Below, one piece after another: positions 10,936-20,974 of a DNA stretch of 64,000 nt. Every line of letters begins with the position of its first letter. The first letter of the stretch is position 1. The notes below the pieces were generated by a model. It was not told the DNA's origin. It saw only the letters and a program-made list of their open reading frames with translations, and ran no database searches. Source of the stretch: an uncultured Veillonellaceae bacterium (GTDB taxonomy: Bacteria > Bacillota > Negativicutes > Veillonellales > Megasphaeraceae); contig UREG01000001.1 of NCBI GenBank assembly GCA_900546795.1, forward strand, positions 29,845 to 93,844. The letters are read 5' to 3'. The position numbers were made by a program, and so were the translations under genes.

Positions 10936-11889
10936 ATGATCAAAGTATATAAACACAGCCACAACTTTCTCGAAGAAGACTTGAACCTCGCAACCGCCGA
11001 GAAAGGTTCGTGGATCAATATCGTAAATCCAGATTCAGAGGATCTACAGCTCGTTTCCATGATAACGGAAATACCGACCGACGTCTTAAAGACCTCCCTC
11101 GATACGGAAGAACGTTCTCACGTGGAAATTGAAGATACCTATCTGTTTGTGGTCATCAATATCCCGATTTTACGGGAAACGGACAGTTATGACACGCTGC
11201 CGCTGGGTATTTTTCTGACGCCGGACTTTTTTATCACCGTCTGCCTGGAAGACAATGAAGTGGTGCGCACCTTTTCCACCAATCAATATCCCCAGTTCCA
11301 GACCTTCAAAAAGACGCGCTTCCTATTCCAGATGCTCTATCGGACAGCGACGCTCTTTCTGCGCAACCTGCAGCAAATCAACCATCGGACAGACGACATC
11401 GAACGGCAGATACGCCATTCCATGCAGAACCGGGATTTCTTCCAGCTGCTGGAACTGCAAAAATCACTGACGTATTTTACCTCAGCGCTCCGCAGCAACG
11501 GCATTGTAATGGAAAAGCTCCTGCGCCTGCGCCGAAACGAAGCGCTCCGTCATATCCTCAAAGTCTATGAAGAAGATGAAGACCTGCTCGAAGATGTCAT
11601 CATTGAAAATAAGCAGGCTATTGAAATGGTAGAAATGTATTCTAATATTCTGATCAATATGATGGATACCTTTGCTTCCATCATTTCCAACAACCTGAAC
11701 CTGGTCATGCGGCTATTGGCTTCGGTTACGATCATTCTCGCCGTCCCGACGATCATATTCAGTCTGTGGGGGGTCAACGTACCGGTGCCGTTTGAAGGCA
11801 GTGAAGTCGGCTTCTGGGTCGTTACCGGCCTGGCTTTTATTACGTCATTCATTGCCGCCGTCCTATTGTGGAAAAAAGATCTGCTCTGA
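10936..11889 (+). CDS. corA: CorA-family divalent cation (Mg2+/Co2+) transporter.
   Basis: 317 aa with two C-terminal TM helices and a GVN variant of the GMN motif (LWGVNVP). GGAGG RBS. Confidence 0.85.
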   Translation: MIKVYKHSHNFLEEDLNLATAEKGSWINIVNPDSEDLQLVSMITEIPTDVLKTSLDTEERSHVEIEDTYLFVVINIPILRETDSYDTLPLGIFLTPDFFITVCLEDNEVVRTFSTNQYPQFQTFKKTRFLFQMLYRTATLFLRNLQQINHRTDDIERQIRHSMQNRDFFQLLELQKSLTYFTSALRSNGIVMEKLLRLRRNEALRHILKVYEEDEDLLEDVIIENKQAIEMVEMYSNILINMMDTFASIISNNLNLVMRLLASVTIILAVPTIIFSLWGVNVPVPFEGSEVGFWVVTGLAFITSFIAAVLLWKKDLL

Positions 11890-11911
11890 TTTTTTACTCT
11901 AAAAAACAAAA

Positions 11912-11950
11912 AAGAGTTTCTTCTATAAAAAGAAGAAACTCTTTTTCTTT
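11912..11950. terminator. Bidirectional terminator between convergent corA (+) and flavodoxin (-).
   Basis: AAGAGTTTCTTCT-ATAAAA-AGAAGAAACTCTT perfect 13-bp stem, flanked by A-runs and T-runs on both sides. Confidence 0.75.
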
Positions 11951-12416
11951 ACGGTGTTCCGGCCAGCCAGCGGCTAATCGCCTCCGGCCGCAACTCATTG
12001 GCATCCAAACACTCCCGCACCGCAGCTTCCGGGCAGTACCGTTTGATATCCCGCACGGCATGTTTCGGTCCTCTTCCGCCGTGCGTGCAAAACGGATAGA
12101 TCGTCTTTCCCTTCCACTCCCCTTTTTGCAGCAGACTGGCTATCACCGGCGGGCACGTAAACCACCATATGGGAAATCCGAGCAGCACCGTATCGTATCC
12201 TTCCCAGCCGTCAGCTGCTTCCTCTAATTCCGGCAGCGTTCCTTTCCACAATTCCCATTTCACCGCCAGCACATGTTTGATATACGACGACGGATATGGT
12301 TTCTTCGGACGCAATTCGCATAGAGGCGCTCCCGTTTCCTCCGCTATTTTTCTGGCTGCCTTTCTGGTTCTTCCCGTATGAGAAAAATATAGAATCACCG
12401 TTTTGCCCTGTTCCAT
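11949..12416 (-). CDS. Flavodoxin-like protein. The start is probably at MEQGKTVILYF.
   Basis: ILYFSHTGRTRK flavodoxin FMN-binding motif. GGGGGAGG RBS before the ATG at 12416. Confidence 0.75.
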   Translation of the reverse strand: MEQGKTVILYFSHTGRTRKAARKIAEETGAPLCELRPKKPYPSSYIKHVLAVKWELWKGTLPELEEAADGWEGYDTVLLGFPIWWFTCPPVIASLLQKGEWKGKTIYPFCTHGGRGPKHAVRDIKRYCPEAAVRECLDANELRPEAISRWLAGTP

Positions 12417-12498
12417 GGTATCCTCCCCCACCTGTTTGCCTTTCTTTCCTTTTTATTGTAATATTCTGCGCCCTTTATTTCTACCCTTATAGAAGAAA

Positions 12499-12531
12499 CA
12501 AAAAAAGCTTCCCGAAGGAAGCTTTTTTATT
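12499..12531. terminator. Hairpin terminator immediately after the yjiG stop, before the flavodoxin gene.
   Basis: AAGCTTCC-CGAA-GGAAGCTT flanked by an A-run and a T-run. Confidence 0.65.
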
Positions 12532-13009
12532 ATGCAAAAATATTCATAATCCACATAGCCAGGCAAGCATTTAAAATGCTGGCAGCCATGAGAAGCGGCC
12601 AATACCGTTTCGGTACGTCCGCCACGCCGAGGAGACGGCCCATATACTGGAGCTGTGCGCCCATCAGGAAGAAAGCCGGCATCAGGATCGTAACATGCGT
12701 TTCGTTTAAAATGCCGTCTGTAAAAAGACCTGCCGCAATGCCCACACCGGCAGAAGAGGACAGCCACGTCGTCAGCAATACGGTGATCGCTTCGCCGGGA
12801 AGACCAAAAATGCCCATGATCGGCCCGCAGATATCGCCGATAAATTTGAGCACGCCCAAGATCCGCAGGATTTCCTGGATCGTATACGCCATCAAAATAT
12901 TCGGCACCAGATTATTGATAGCAACATTGAAGCCTTTTCTTGCGCCAATAATGAAAATATCAAAAGGATTGCTCGTCTGAGAAGTGGTATTGTTCTGCTG
13001 ATTACTCAT
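12530..13009 (-). CDS. yjiG: YjiG-family inner membrane protein (nucleoside-recognition / Gate domain).
   Basis: 159 aa. Collinear with E. coli YjiG as recalled (GARRGF..., LPGEAATVLL...). Its start overlaps the stop of yjiH by 8 nt. Confidence 0.8.
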   Translation of the reverse strand: MSNQQNNTTSQTSNPFDIFIIGARKGFNVAINNLVPNILMAYTIQEILRILGVLKFIGDICGPIMGIFGLPGEAITVLLTTWLSSSAGVGIAAGLFTDGILNETHVTILMPAFFLMGAQLQYMGRLLGVADVPKRYWPLLMAASILNACLAMWIMNIFA

Positions 13010-13685
13010 CTTTGAAATCCTCCTTATATACGGTATTCAATACGACGCGGACAAAAATAGCGCCGACAAATTTCAATACAAACATAACGACCAGCGGCAT
13101 AATTACCGGTACGGTCAAAGCGAACATCAGCGCAGAACCGATAACGAAATAGTTATTGATCATACCTGCGCCGGAATACTGCCATGCCGCCATGATCGTC
13201 AAATCTTTTTTATTAATCAGGCCGCGGTCATACAAGTCTTTCGTCAGCGCCGCGCCTGCATCTGTACTCTGCAAGTCCGTAATCATTGCCAAACCCGTAA
13301 GGCCAGGAATACCCAACAGCGGTTTGAGCATCGGCGTAAGCAGCTTCTGCGCCGCCCGGATCGCACCGTAATGCGACAATACTTCAATACATCCGACAGC
13401 CAGCATAACGCTTGGAATCAGGGACAGAGCAAATAAGAACCCGCCGCGGGCAGATGCGCCGCCAACGCCGACAAACGTCGCTTTTTCCGGGGTCTTCATC
13501 GTACCGAATTTACCAATCAAACTGCTGAAGTCAAACGCGCTCAGCCATGCCATGCCGTCGACCTTCATAAATACGCCAGAGAAAAATAAAATTGCCACTA
13601 TCAGCGCAATGTACGCCTTAGGGCCTACTTTGAAAGAGGAGCTGTCAAATTCATTCATTGGATTTGCCTTTTTTTCTTCACTCAT
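13002..13685 (-). CDS. yjiH: YjiH-family inner membrane protein (nucleoside-recognition / Gate domain).
   Basis: 227 aa polytopic protein. Translationally coupled to yjiG. A divergent promoter region lies at 13686-13980. Confidence 0.78.
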   Translation of the reverse strand: MSEEKKANPMNEFDSSSFKVGPKAYIALIVAILFFSGVFMKVDGMAWLSAFDFSSLIGKFGTMKTPEKATFVGVGGASARGGFLFALSLIPSVMLAVGCIEVLSHYGAIRAAQKLLTPMLKPLLGIPGLTGLAMITDLQSTDAGAALTKDLYDRGLINKKDLTIMAAWQYSGAGMINNYFVIGSALMFALTVPVIMPLVVMFVLKFVGAIFVRVVLNTVYKEDFKDE

Positions 13686-13980
13686 TTCATTACCCTCCTA
13701 TACCAGATTATAGTACTACCCACGTACAGCTTTGTATGTTGTCTACTATAAATAAACATAATTGCATTACACCTGTACGCATGCTTTGTATTATATAGTT
13801 AGTATAAGCTTATGTCAATATTTTTTACTGCTCCGATAAAATAAATACTGTATACATAGAATGATTTAATCTCAATTTTTATTTTTTAGACAATATATTT
13901 AATTCTTCATTGAAATCTAGTCGCAATTCAGCTACAATACAGGTAATCGATTATGGACATTTTTATTCGAGGGGGGAATT

Positions 13981-15087
13981 ATGATGTCACGAGTATTAGA
14001 CGTATATCACGCGCTCCATGAAATGCCGGAGCTTGGCATGGAAGAAGTACGCACTGCCGCCTATCTGGCACAGGCGCTGCAAAAAGCCGGCTATCAGACA
14101 CAGGAGCAAATCGCAGGCAAAACCGGTGTTGCCGGAATATATGAGTCCGGAAATCCGGGCCCTGCCGTTGCCATTCGCGCCGATATGGACGCTCTCGGCA
14201 TTATCATCGACGGGAAAAAGACTGCCCGCCATCTCTGCGGCCATGACGGCCACTGCGCCATGGTTCTTGCCGCAGCAGAAGAAGCTTTAGAAAAAGGATT
14301 GATTCAAAAGGGATCGCTAAAAATATTATTTCAGCCGGCAGAAGAGCTCGGCACCGGAGCCCTGTCTCTGATCGAAGGCCATGCCCTTGACGGAATCGAT
14401 TATGTTTTCGGCGCTCATGTACAGCCGTCAGCCAACGTTCCGCTGGGCATGATCACACCGGCTATGTATCATGCCGCGTCCTGCCATTTGGAAGTACAGT
14501 TCCGCGGCGTGCCGGCACATGGGTCACGACCGCATTTAGGCGTAAATGCCATTCATGCCGCTTCCGCCGCCATTCAGGCGGTCAATGCGATCCGCATGGA
14601 TCCCAACGAATCCTACAGCATCAAAGCCACCCGGTTCCTTTCTGATTCCGGCGTTACCAACGCGATTCCCGGCGACGCACTGGTCGTCTGGGATATCCGG
14701 GCAGAACACAATCCTACCATGGATCAGCTGAAAGAAACGGCGGAAAAAACCATCCGCCTCGCCGCGGAATCGGCCGGCGCGGCGGTTACGATGCGCTATC
14801 TTGATCTGGTTCCGGCAGCAGAATATACGGATACGGCGATTGCAATTGCAGCCGAAGCCATCAAAGCGGCTGTCGGCGAAGAGCATCTGTATGCCCCCAT
14901 CCGGCTCACGGGCGGCGAAGATTTCCATCAGTTTATCCGCCATTACCCGAACCTTCAGGCAGCGTATTTCGGTATCGGCTGCGGCGTAACTCCCGGACTG
15001 CATCATCCGGACATGACGTTTGATACCTCGTACCTCGAACAGGGGAAACAGGTATATATAGAAATCATCAAAAAATTATTAGGATAG
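13981..15087 (+). CDS. M20D-family amidohydrolase (hippurate hydrolase / N-acyl-L-amino-acid amidohydrolase / AbgB-like), copy 1.
   Basis: 368 aa. HxMPELG..., ADMDAL, CGHDGH and QPAEE motifs of M20D amidohydrolases. Confidence 0.88.
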   Translation: MMSRVLDVYHALHEMPELGMEEVRTAAYLAQALQKAGYQTQEQIAGKTGVAGIYESGNPGPAVAIRADMDALGIIIDGKKTARHLCGHDGHCAMVLAAAEEALEKGLIQKGSLKILFQPAEELGTGALSLIEGHALDGIDYVFGAHVQPSANVPLGMITPAMYHAASCHLEVQFRGVPAHGSRPHLGVNAIHAASAAIQAVNAIRMDPNESYSIKATRFLSDSGVTNAIPGDALVVWDIRAEHNPTMDQLKETAEKTIRLAAESAGAAVTMRYLDLVPAAEYTDTAIAIAAEAIKAAVGEEHLYAPIRLTGGEDFHQFIRHYPNLQAAYFGIGCGVTPGLHHPDMTFDTSYLEQGKQVYIEIIKKLLG

Positions 15088-15100
15088 GAAGTGTCGTTCA

Positions 15101-16204
15101 ATGTCTCATGTATTAGATCATTACAACTACCTGCATACGATCCCGGAGCTGGGCATGCAGGAATTCAAAACCTCCGCATACCTGGCAGACAAGCTCGAAG
15201 CTGCCGGATATGAAGTAACCCGCAATGTAGGCGGCGCTACCGGCATCGTCGGCGTGCTCGACAGCGGCAAACCGGGACCGGTACTGGCTGTACGCGCGGA
15301 TATGGACGCGCTCGGCACCATGATTGAAGGCAAACTCTGCGCCCTTCACACCTGCGGCCATGACGGCCATTCGTCCATGCTCCTTACGGCAGCAGAAGAA
15401 ATCGCCAAAGAAGGCGGAATCAAACAAGGCAAACTGAAAATCTTGTTCCAGCCGGCAGAAGAAATCGGCACCGGCGCATATTCCATGATCGAAGGCGGCG
15501 CGATTGATGATGTAGAATACATTATCGGCATGCACCTGCGCCCCATCCAGGAATGCCGGAAAGGCCAGGCTGCACCGGCAATGTACTACTCTGCCTCTAC
15601 CCGGGTAGAAGTAAATATCCACGGCGTACCGGCACACGGCGCACGTCCGCATTTGGGCGTAAACGTCCTGGAAGCAGCAGCGGCTATCATTCAGGCCGTC
15701 GGCCTTATCCATCTCAATCCGGTGGAAAACTACAGCGCCAAACCGACCCGTCTCCTCTGCGATTCCGGTGTGACCAATGCCATTCCGGCAGAAGCGCACC
15801 TCGTCTTTGACGTACGGGCAGCAAAAAACGACATCATGAAACAGCTTCATGAAAAATTGAATCAGGCCATTACCGCCGGCGCCGCTACAGTAGGCGCGAC
15901 CGTCGATATCGCCATGCCGATGAATATGCCGGCAGCAGAAATCGATCCGGAAGTAACCAAACTGTTGGCAGAAGTCATTACGGAAGAATTGGGCGCAGAC
16001 GCGCTGGTTGATCCGATCCAGACTCCGGGCAGCGAAGACTTCTTCTGCTACACCCAGGCAAAACCGTCCTTGAAAGCCGGATTCATCGGCTTAGGCGTCG
16101 ATCTGGAACCGGGTCTGCACCATCCGAAAATGCACTTTGATACGACTGCGCTGGAAAACGGCGTACGGCTCCATAAAGCGGCCATCCGCAAATTGTTGGG
16201 CTGA
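15101..16204 (+). CDS. M20D-family amidohydrolase, copy 2. Tandem paralogue of the gene at 13981-15087.
   Basis: 367 aa with the same motif set as the upstream paralogue. 13-nt intergenic gap. Terminator hairpin at 16224-16251. Confidence 0.88.
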   Translation: MSHVLDHYNYLHTIPELGMQEFKTSAYLADKLEAAGYEVTRNVGGATGIVGVLDSGKPGPVLAVRADMDALGTMIEGKLCALHTCGHDGHSSMLLTAAEEIAKEGGIKQGKLKILFQPAEEIGTGAYSMIEGGAIDDVEYIIGMHLRPIQECRKGQAAPAMYYSASTRVEVNIHGVPAHGARPHLGVNVLEAAAAIIQAVGLIHLNPVENYSAKPTRLLCDSGVTNAIPAEAHLVFDVRAAKNDIMKQLHEKLNQAITAGAATVGATVDIAMPMNMPAAEIDPEVTKLLAEVITEELGADALVDPIQTPGSEDFFCYTQAKPSLKAGFIGLGVDLEPGLHHPKMHFDTTALENGVRLHKAAIRKLLG

Positions 16205-16223
16205 TTGCATCTTACCGACTCGA

Positions 16224-16251
16224 AAGAGGCTCCAAGGAGCCTCTTTTTTAT
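16224..16251 (+). terminator. Rho-independent terminator after the second M20D amidohydrolase.
   Basis: AGAGGCTCC-AA-GGAGCCTCT followed by TTTTTTATTT. Confidence 0.8.
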
Positions 16252-16762
16252 TTGAAAAATTTATCAGATTGCATTTTTCTGTAATAATCCTTCTAATTTT
16301 TATACTTTTATATCCGCAAAAATCTCATAATTCCTGTACATTCTCCTCTTATGTCCCTTATATAAAAACATTCTACCCATGGATATGAAGTTTGCCGCTT
16401 ATCCGTTTGGAGTATCGGGGTATTTCTTGCTCTATTTTCTATTTCAATATTCTTTATCATTATTATAGCCAGATTAAAGAGTTCTCCCTCCTGTTCCCGT
16501 TTTCAACCGTATCTCCTCTGTATACCGGCTCAAGCTGCCGATTTTTATTTTACCGCATTATGATTTATATTTTCTTATTGTAAAATTTGTTTTTTTCTTT
16601 TTATTTATTCTGCCCGCGCGATGATTTATAAGTATACCTTTTATGCTTTTTTGTATTGATTTTACATATGCAAGATTTTATAATCAAAGTGTATCTAACA
16701 GAAGGATTTTTAATTCTTTTGTCTTTTGTACGAAAACTTTTATTTTCAGGAGGTCGATTACT

Positions 16763-17989
16763 ATGTCATCGTCTGCACCAGCCGTCAACTTATCCATGAT
16801 AAAGGAAGCGCAGGAACGGCTGAAGAATGTTGCGCTTCACACGGGGCTGTCCTATACCTCGTCTTTATCGGATATCTGCGGCGGCGAAGTATTTTTGAAA
16901 ATGGAAAACTTACAGCGGACCGGTTCCTTCAAACTGCGGGGCGCTTATAACAAGATCGCGTCGCTGACCGATGAAGAGCGGGCCAAAGGGATCATCGCTT
17001 CTTCCGCCGGCAACCATGCGCAGGGCGTGGCGCTGGCCGCCAAAACATACGGCTGCCGCGCGACGATCTGCATGCCCAAACATGCTCCCATCTCCAAAGT
17101 AACCGCTACCCGCGGCTATGGAGCGGACACGGTACTGTACGGCGAGTTTTACGATGAAACTTACGCCAAAGCCGTGGAGCTGCAAAAAGAACACGGATAT
17201 ACGTTCTGCCATCCGTTCAACGATCCGTTCGTCATGGCCGGCCAGGGAACAATCGGGCTGGAGATCCTCGAGGATATGCCGGATACCGAAATGGTTTTGG
17301 TTCCGATCGGCGGCGGCGGCCTGATTTCCGGCATTGCTGCGGCAGTCAAGTCCATCAATCCGAAAATCCAGGTCATCGGCGTACAGACACAACAGGTACC
17401 GTCGATGAAAGTATCCCGCCAGATCGGCTGCGTTACTACCGTAGCCGGCGGAGCCAGCTTGGCCGACGGCATCATGGTCAAGACGCCGGGCGACCTCACG
17501 TTTGATACGGTACAGCGGTATGTAGACGATATCATCACCGTCGACGAAAGCGAAATTGCCTATGCGATCCTCTTCCTTCTCGAGAGGGTAAAAACAGTGG
17601 CGGAAGGTGCGGGAGCCGTACCGGTAGCCGCTCTGCTGCACGATAAAGTGCCGCATTGCAAAGGCAAAAAAATCGCCGCCATGATCAGCGGCGGCAATAT
17701 CGACGTAAATATGATGACCCGTATCATTAATAACGGCCTGATCAAAACCGGCCGCAAGGTATATTTCGATACGATCATTCCCGATACGCCAGGTTCGCTG
17801 TGCAGCGTACTGCAGCTCATTTCCCAGTCCGGGGCAAATGTCCTGTCCGTCACGCACGATCGGGCGCAGAAAGATATTGAAGTCGGCTATTCACACGTTG
17901 CTTTTGAATTAGAAACGTATAACGAAGATCATATCAAAGAGCTTATCACGGCATTAGAGTCTCACCATTATTCTGTACAAGTGCGCTGA
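16763..17989 (+). CDS. ilvA: Threonine ammonia-lyase (threonine/serine dehydratase) with a C-terminal ACT-like regulatory domain. The start is at MSSSAPAV, inside the longer ORF-track frame.
   Basis: PLP-binding motif SFKLRGA and a glycine-rich loop. AGGAGG RBS 6 nt before the ATG at 16763. The ORF-track start upstream has no RBS. Confidence 0.88.
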   Translation: MSSSAPAVNLSMIKEAQERLKNVALHTGLSYTSSLSDICGGEVFLKMENLQRTGSFKLRGAYNKIASLTDEERAKGIIASSAGNHAQGVALAAKTYGCRATICMPKHAPISKVTATRGYGADTVLYGEFYDETYAKAVELQKEHGYTFCHPFNDPFVMAGQGTIGLEILEDMPDTEMVLVPIGGGGLISGIAAAVKSINPKIQVIGVQTQQVPSMKVSRQIGCVTTVAGGASLADGIMVKTPGDLTFDTVQRYVDDIITVDESEIAYAILFLLERVKTVAEGAGAVPVAALLHDKVPHCKGKKIAAMISGGNIDVNMMTRIINNGLIKTGRKVYFDTIIPDTPGSLCSVLQLISQSGANVLSVTHDRAQKDIEVGYSHVAFELETYNEDHIKELITALESHHYSVQVR

Positions 17990-18005
17990 TTACCAGGAGG
18001 TTATT

Positions 18006-19454
18006 ATGGGTGAAGAGAAAAAGTTGGAACGAGGATTAAAACCGCGTCATGTCGAAATGATCGCTCTCGGGGGAACGATCGGCGTAGGGCTGTTTATGGG
18101 ATCTGCCAGCACAATTCAAATGGCGGGGCCATCTGTGCTTATCTGTTATGCGATCGCCGGATTAGTTATGTTTCTAATCATGCGTATCATGGGGGAAATG
18201 TTGTATCTGGAACCCGTTACCGGTTCCTTCGCTTCTTATGGTCATCGGTATATCAGTCCCTACGCCGGCTATCTCACGGCATGGTGCTACTGGTTTCTCT
18301 GGGTTGCCGTCGGTCTTTCGGAAATTACCGCCGTCGGCATCTATGTAAAATATTGGTTTCCGGCAATTCCGCAATGGATATCGGCGTTAGGCGGCATGCT
18401 CATCGTTACGCTGGCCAATGTAACCGCCGTAAAATATTACGGTGAGTTTGAATTTTGGTTTGCGCTGATCAAAGTTACCACCATCGTCGCCATGCTTCTC
18501 GTCGGCGCTGCCATAATCCTCTTTGGGTTCGGCAACAACGGAGATCCGCTGGGCTTCTCCAATCTCTGGGCAAACGGCGGATTTTTCCCGCATGGCATCG
18601 AAGGCATGCTCGGCGCGCTCTGCGTCGTTGCGGCCGCCTTCCAAGGCGTAGAACTCGTCGGCATCACTGCCGGGGAAGCGCAGAATCCCAAAGAAACGCT
18701 GCGCAAAGCCACGCAAAGCATTGTTTGGCGTATCCTCATTTTCTATATCGGCGCAGTATTTGTCGTCATCACCATTTATCCTTGGAACCAGCTCGGCATG
18801 GTAGGAAGTCCATTCGTAACCACCTTTTCCAAAGTCGGCATTACCGCCGCTGCGGGAATTATCAACTTCGTTGTGCTCACCGCCGCGCTTTCCGGCTGCA
18901 ACAGCGGTATCTACAGCTCCGGCCGTATGCTCTACACGCTGGCGCAAAACGGGCAGGCGCCTAAGTTCTTCGGTAAAATATCCGCTTCCGGCGTACCGAA
19001 AAACGGCGTTATGATCACGATTGCCTGCCTGGCAGTCGGCGTAGTGCTGAATTATCTGATCCCTGATTCCAAACTTTTCCTGTATATCTACAGCGCCAGT
19101 GTCTTCCCGGGAATGGTTGCCTGGTTCGTCCTTGCCATTGCGCAGAAAAAATTCCGGGAAAAATGGGGCAAAGAAGTTATTGCCAACCACCCGTTTAAAT
19201 CGGTACTGTATCCATACAGCAACTATTTCTGCGTCATCTTTCTCCTTCTCGTCATTGTCGGCATGTGGTTCAATCCTGACACGCGCATGTCGCTCATCGT
19301 GGGCTGGATCTACTGCGCCATCTTAACGGCCGGCTATTTCCTCTTTGGCCTTCACAAAAAAGAATACGGCAAACACCCGGACGAAGCCCATGTGGAAGAA
19401 ATTCATTTCTCCAAAACGGCTGCGCCGACCACGGTCAACGCCCGCAATCTCTAA
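18006..19454 (+). CDS. Amino acid permease, APC/AAT family (threonine/serine-type, by operon context).
   Basis: 482 aa with 12 TM helices. N-terminal [19 protein letters not shown] consensus. AGGAGG RBS. Lies between the dehydratase and ridA, like tdcC in the tdc operon. Confidence 0.88.
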   Translation: MGEEKKLERGLKPRHVEMIALGGTIGVGLFMGSASTIQMAGPSVLICYAIAGLVMFLIMRIMGEMLYLEPVTGSFASYGHRYISPYAGYLTAWCYWFLWVAVGLSEITAVGIYVKYWFPAIPQWISALGGMLIVTLANVTAVKYYGEFEFWFALIKVTTIVAMLLVGAAIILFGFGNNGDPLGFSNLWANGGFFPHGIEGMLGALCVVAAAFQGVELVGITAGEAQNPKETLRKATQSIVWRILIFYIGAVFVVITIYPWNQLGMVGSPFVTTFSKVGITAAAGIINFVVLTAALSGCNSGIYSSGRMLYTLAQNGQAPKFFGKISASGVPKNGVMITIACLAVGVVLNYLIPDSKLFLYIYSASVFPGMVAWFVLAIAQKKFREKWGKEVIANHPFKSVLYPYSNYFCVIFLLLVIVGMWFNPDTRMSLIVGWIYCAILTAGYFLFGLHKKEYGKHPDEAHVEEIHFSKTAAPTTVNARNL

Positions 19455-19479
19455 TTTTTAGTCACCAGGAGGTCTATTC

Positions 19480-19860
19480 ATGAAAAAAGTAATTACTACC
19501 GCAAAGGCACCGGCCGCTGTCGGACCCTATTCCCAGGCGATCCTTGCCGGCGATTATCTCTTCGCTTCCGGCCAGATTCCCCTTATCCCTGAAACAGGCG
19601 AACTGGCGCAGGGTGGCATAGAAGCCCAGGCCAAGCAGGCTTTGGAAAATGTCTGCGCTGTGCTGAAAGAAGCCGGCCTGACTACGGAGCATGTCGTCAA
19701 AACAACGGTATATATCACCGACATGCAGAATTTTGCTAAAGTAAACGAACTCTACGGCGCCTATTTCCACACCACCCTTCCGGCCCGCTCCTGCGTAGCG
19801 GTAAAAGAACTGCCAAAAGGCGCGCTGGTGGAAGTAGAAATTCTCGCTTACGCGAAATAA
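19480..19860 (+). CDS. ridA: RidA-family enamine/imine deaminase, second copy (TdcF-like position).
   Basis: 126 aa. Clearly homologous to the RidA at 399-779 with the same motif set. AGGAGG RBS. Confidence 0.9.
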   Translation: MKKVITTAKAPAAVGPYSQAILAGDYLFASGQIPLIPETGELAQGGIEAQAKQALENVCAVLKEAGLTTEHVVKTTVYITDMQNFAKVNELYGAYFHTTLPARSCVAVKELPKGALVEVEILAYAK

Positions 19861-20085
19861 GCGCCTCTCTTTCTCTAAAAAACGGTTTGCTTCCTCTGGG
19901 GCAGGCCGTTTTTTTATTCCTATCAGCCCGCTGAAAATTTTTTTCTTTTCCCATTGACCGGTTCCAACTACCGACTTCTATACTAAAGATACCAACCGGC
20001 GTCTTTTCTGCCGGTTCATACTGCCGTACTAGGCTGCGGCAATCCATAAATCGAACCACGACGCCTTATAAAGGAGGAATTCATT

Positions 20086-20925
20086 ATGACTACTTTGCAG
20101 AAAACCGTATGGCTGGTTACCGGATGTTCGTCCGGACTTGGAAAAAGCTTTGCCAAAGTCCTTGCCCAGGCGGGCTGCCTTGTCTTTGCCACCGCGCGGA
20201 ACATCGACTCTCTGACAGCGCTGAAAGAAGCGTTTCCCACGCAAATTTACCCGCTGAAACTCGACGTCACCCATAAAGAGGATATCCAGCAAGCCGTCCA
20301 AACGGTCATCAGCCGCGCCGGCCGGATCGACGGGCTGATCAATAACGCCGGCTATTGTTACCGCGCCGCCATTGAAGAAGGCGAAGAAGCCGGGATTCAG
20401 GAACTGTTTCAAACGCATGTATTCGGCCCTGCCGCGCTCATGCAGGAAGTCCTGCCGTATATGCGCCGAAATAGAAGCGGCAAGATCGTCAATATTTCTT
20501 CTGTCGCCGCCATCACTACGCTGGAAGGCTCCGGCTATTACGGCGCGGCAAAACGCGCCTTGGAAGGAATTACCAGCGCACTGCAAAAAGAAGTATCACC
20601 CCTTGGCATTACTGCAATGGCGGTAGAACCGGGCGCCTTCCGCACCGACTTCAGCGGCCGCTCGTTAAAAGAATCGGCAGTCCGTATTCCCGACTATGAA
20701 GCCACAGCCGGTCTGCGCCGGATCGAAAACGACCACACCCACGGCACGCAGTGCGGCGATCCCAATAAAAGCGCCCGCCTGATCATTCAGGCCGTTGTTT
20801 CCCCTAACCCGCCGTCAGTATTCATCTTAGGCGGCGACGCCTGGGATATTTATGAACAAATCGACGCCCAACGGCGCAGCGAGATGGCTCCCTGGCTAGA
20901 AGAAAGCAAACAAACCTGTTTTTAA
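20086..20925 (+). CDS. Short-chain dehydrogenase/reductase (SDR) family oxidoreductase.
   Basis: TGCSSGLG nucleotide-binding motif. NNAG and Y-x3-K catalytic motifs. Confidence 0.85.
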   Translation: MTTLQKTVWLVTGCSSGLGKSFAKVLAQAGCLVFATARNIDSLTALKEAFPTQIYPLKLDVTHKEDIQQAVQTVISRAGRIDGLINNAGYCYRAAIEEGEEAGIQELFQTHVFGPAALMQEVLPYMRRNRSGKIVNISSVAAITTLEGSGYYGAAKRALEGITSALQKEVSPLGITAMAVEPGAFRTDFSGRSLKESAVRIPDYEATAGLRRIENDHTHGTQCGDPNKSARLIIQAVVSPNPPSVFILGGDAWDIYEQIDAQRRSEMAPWLEESKQTCF

Positions 20926-20974
20926 CTGCCGTTTTTTCGGCAATACTCTTTGACTGTAATCGAAAGGAACTCTG

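Noticed and set aside
18387-19190. 267-aa minus-strand ORF inside the amino-acid permease gene, and similar antisense ORFs within gltB (46140-47108, 47808-48923, 49668-50249), clpB (53736-54374), the TonB receptors (22946-23899, 27065-27664) and the cit operon (34727-36094)
   Set aside because: High GC content produces long stop-free antisense frames. Each lies wholly within a gene that has strong homology support on the other strand.
19861-19925. Rho-independent terminator after the second ridA
   Set aside because: A T-run is present (GGCCGTTTTTTTATT), but the preceding stem is only 4 bp (ACGG/CCGT) with a 20-nt loop. It is too weak to call.
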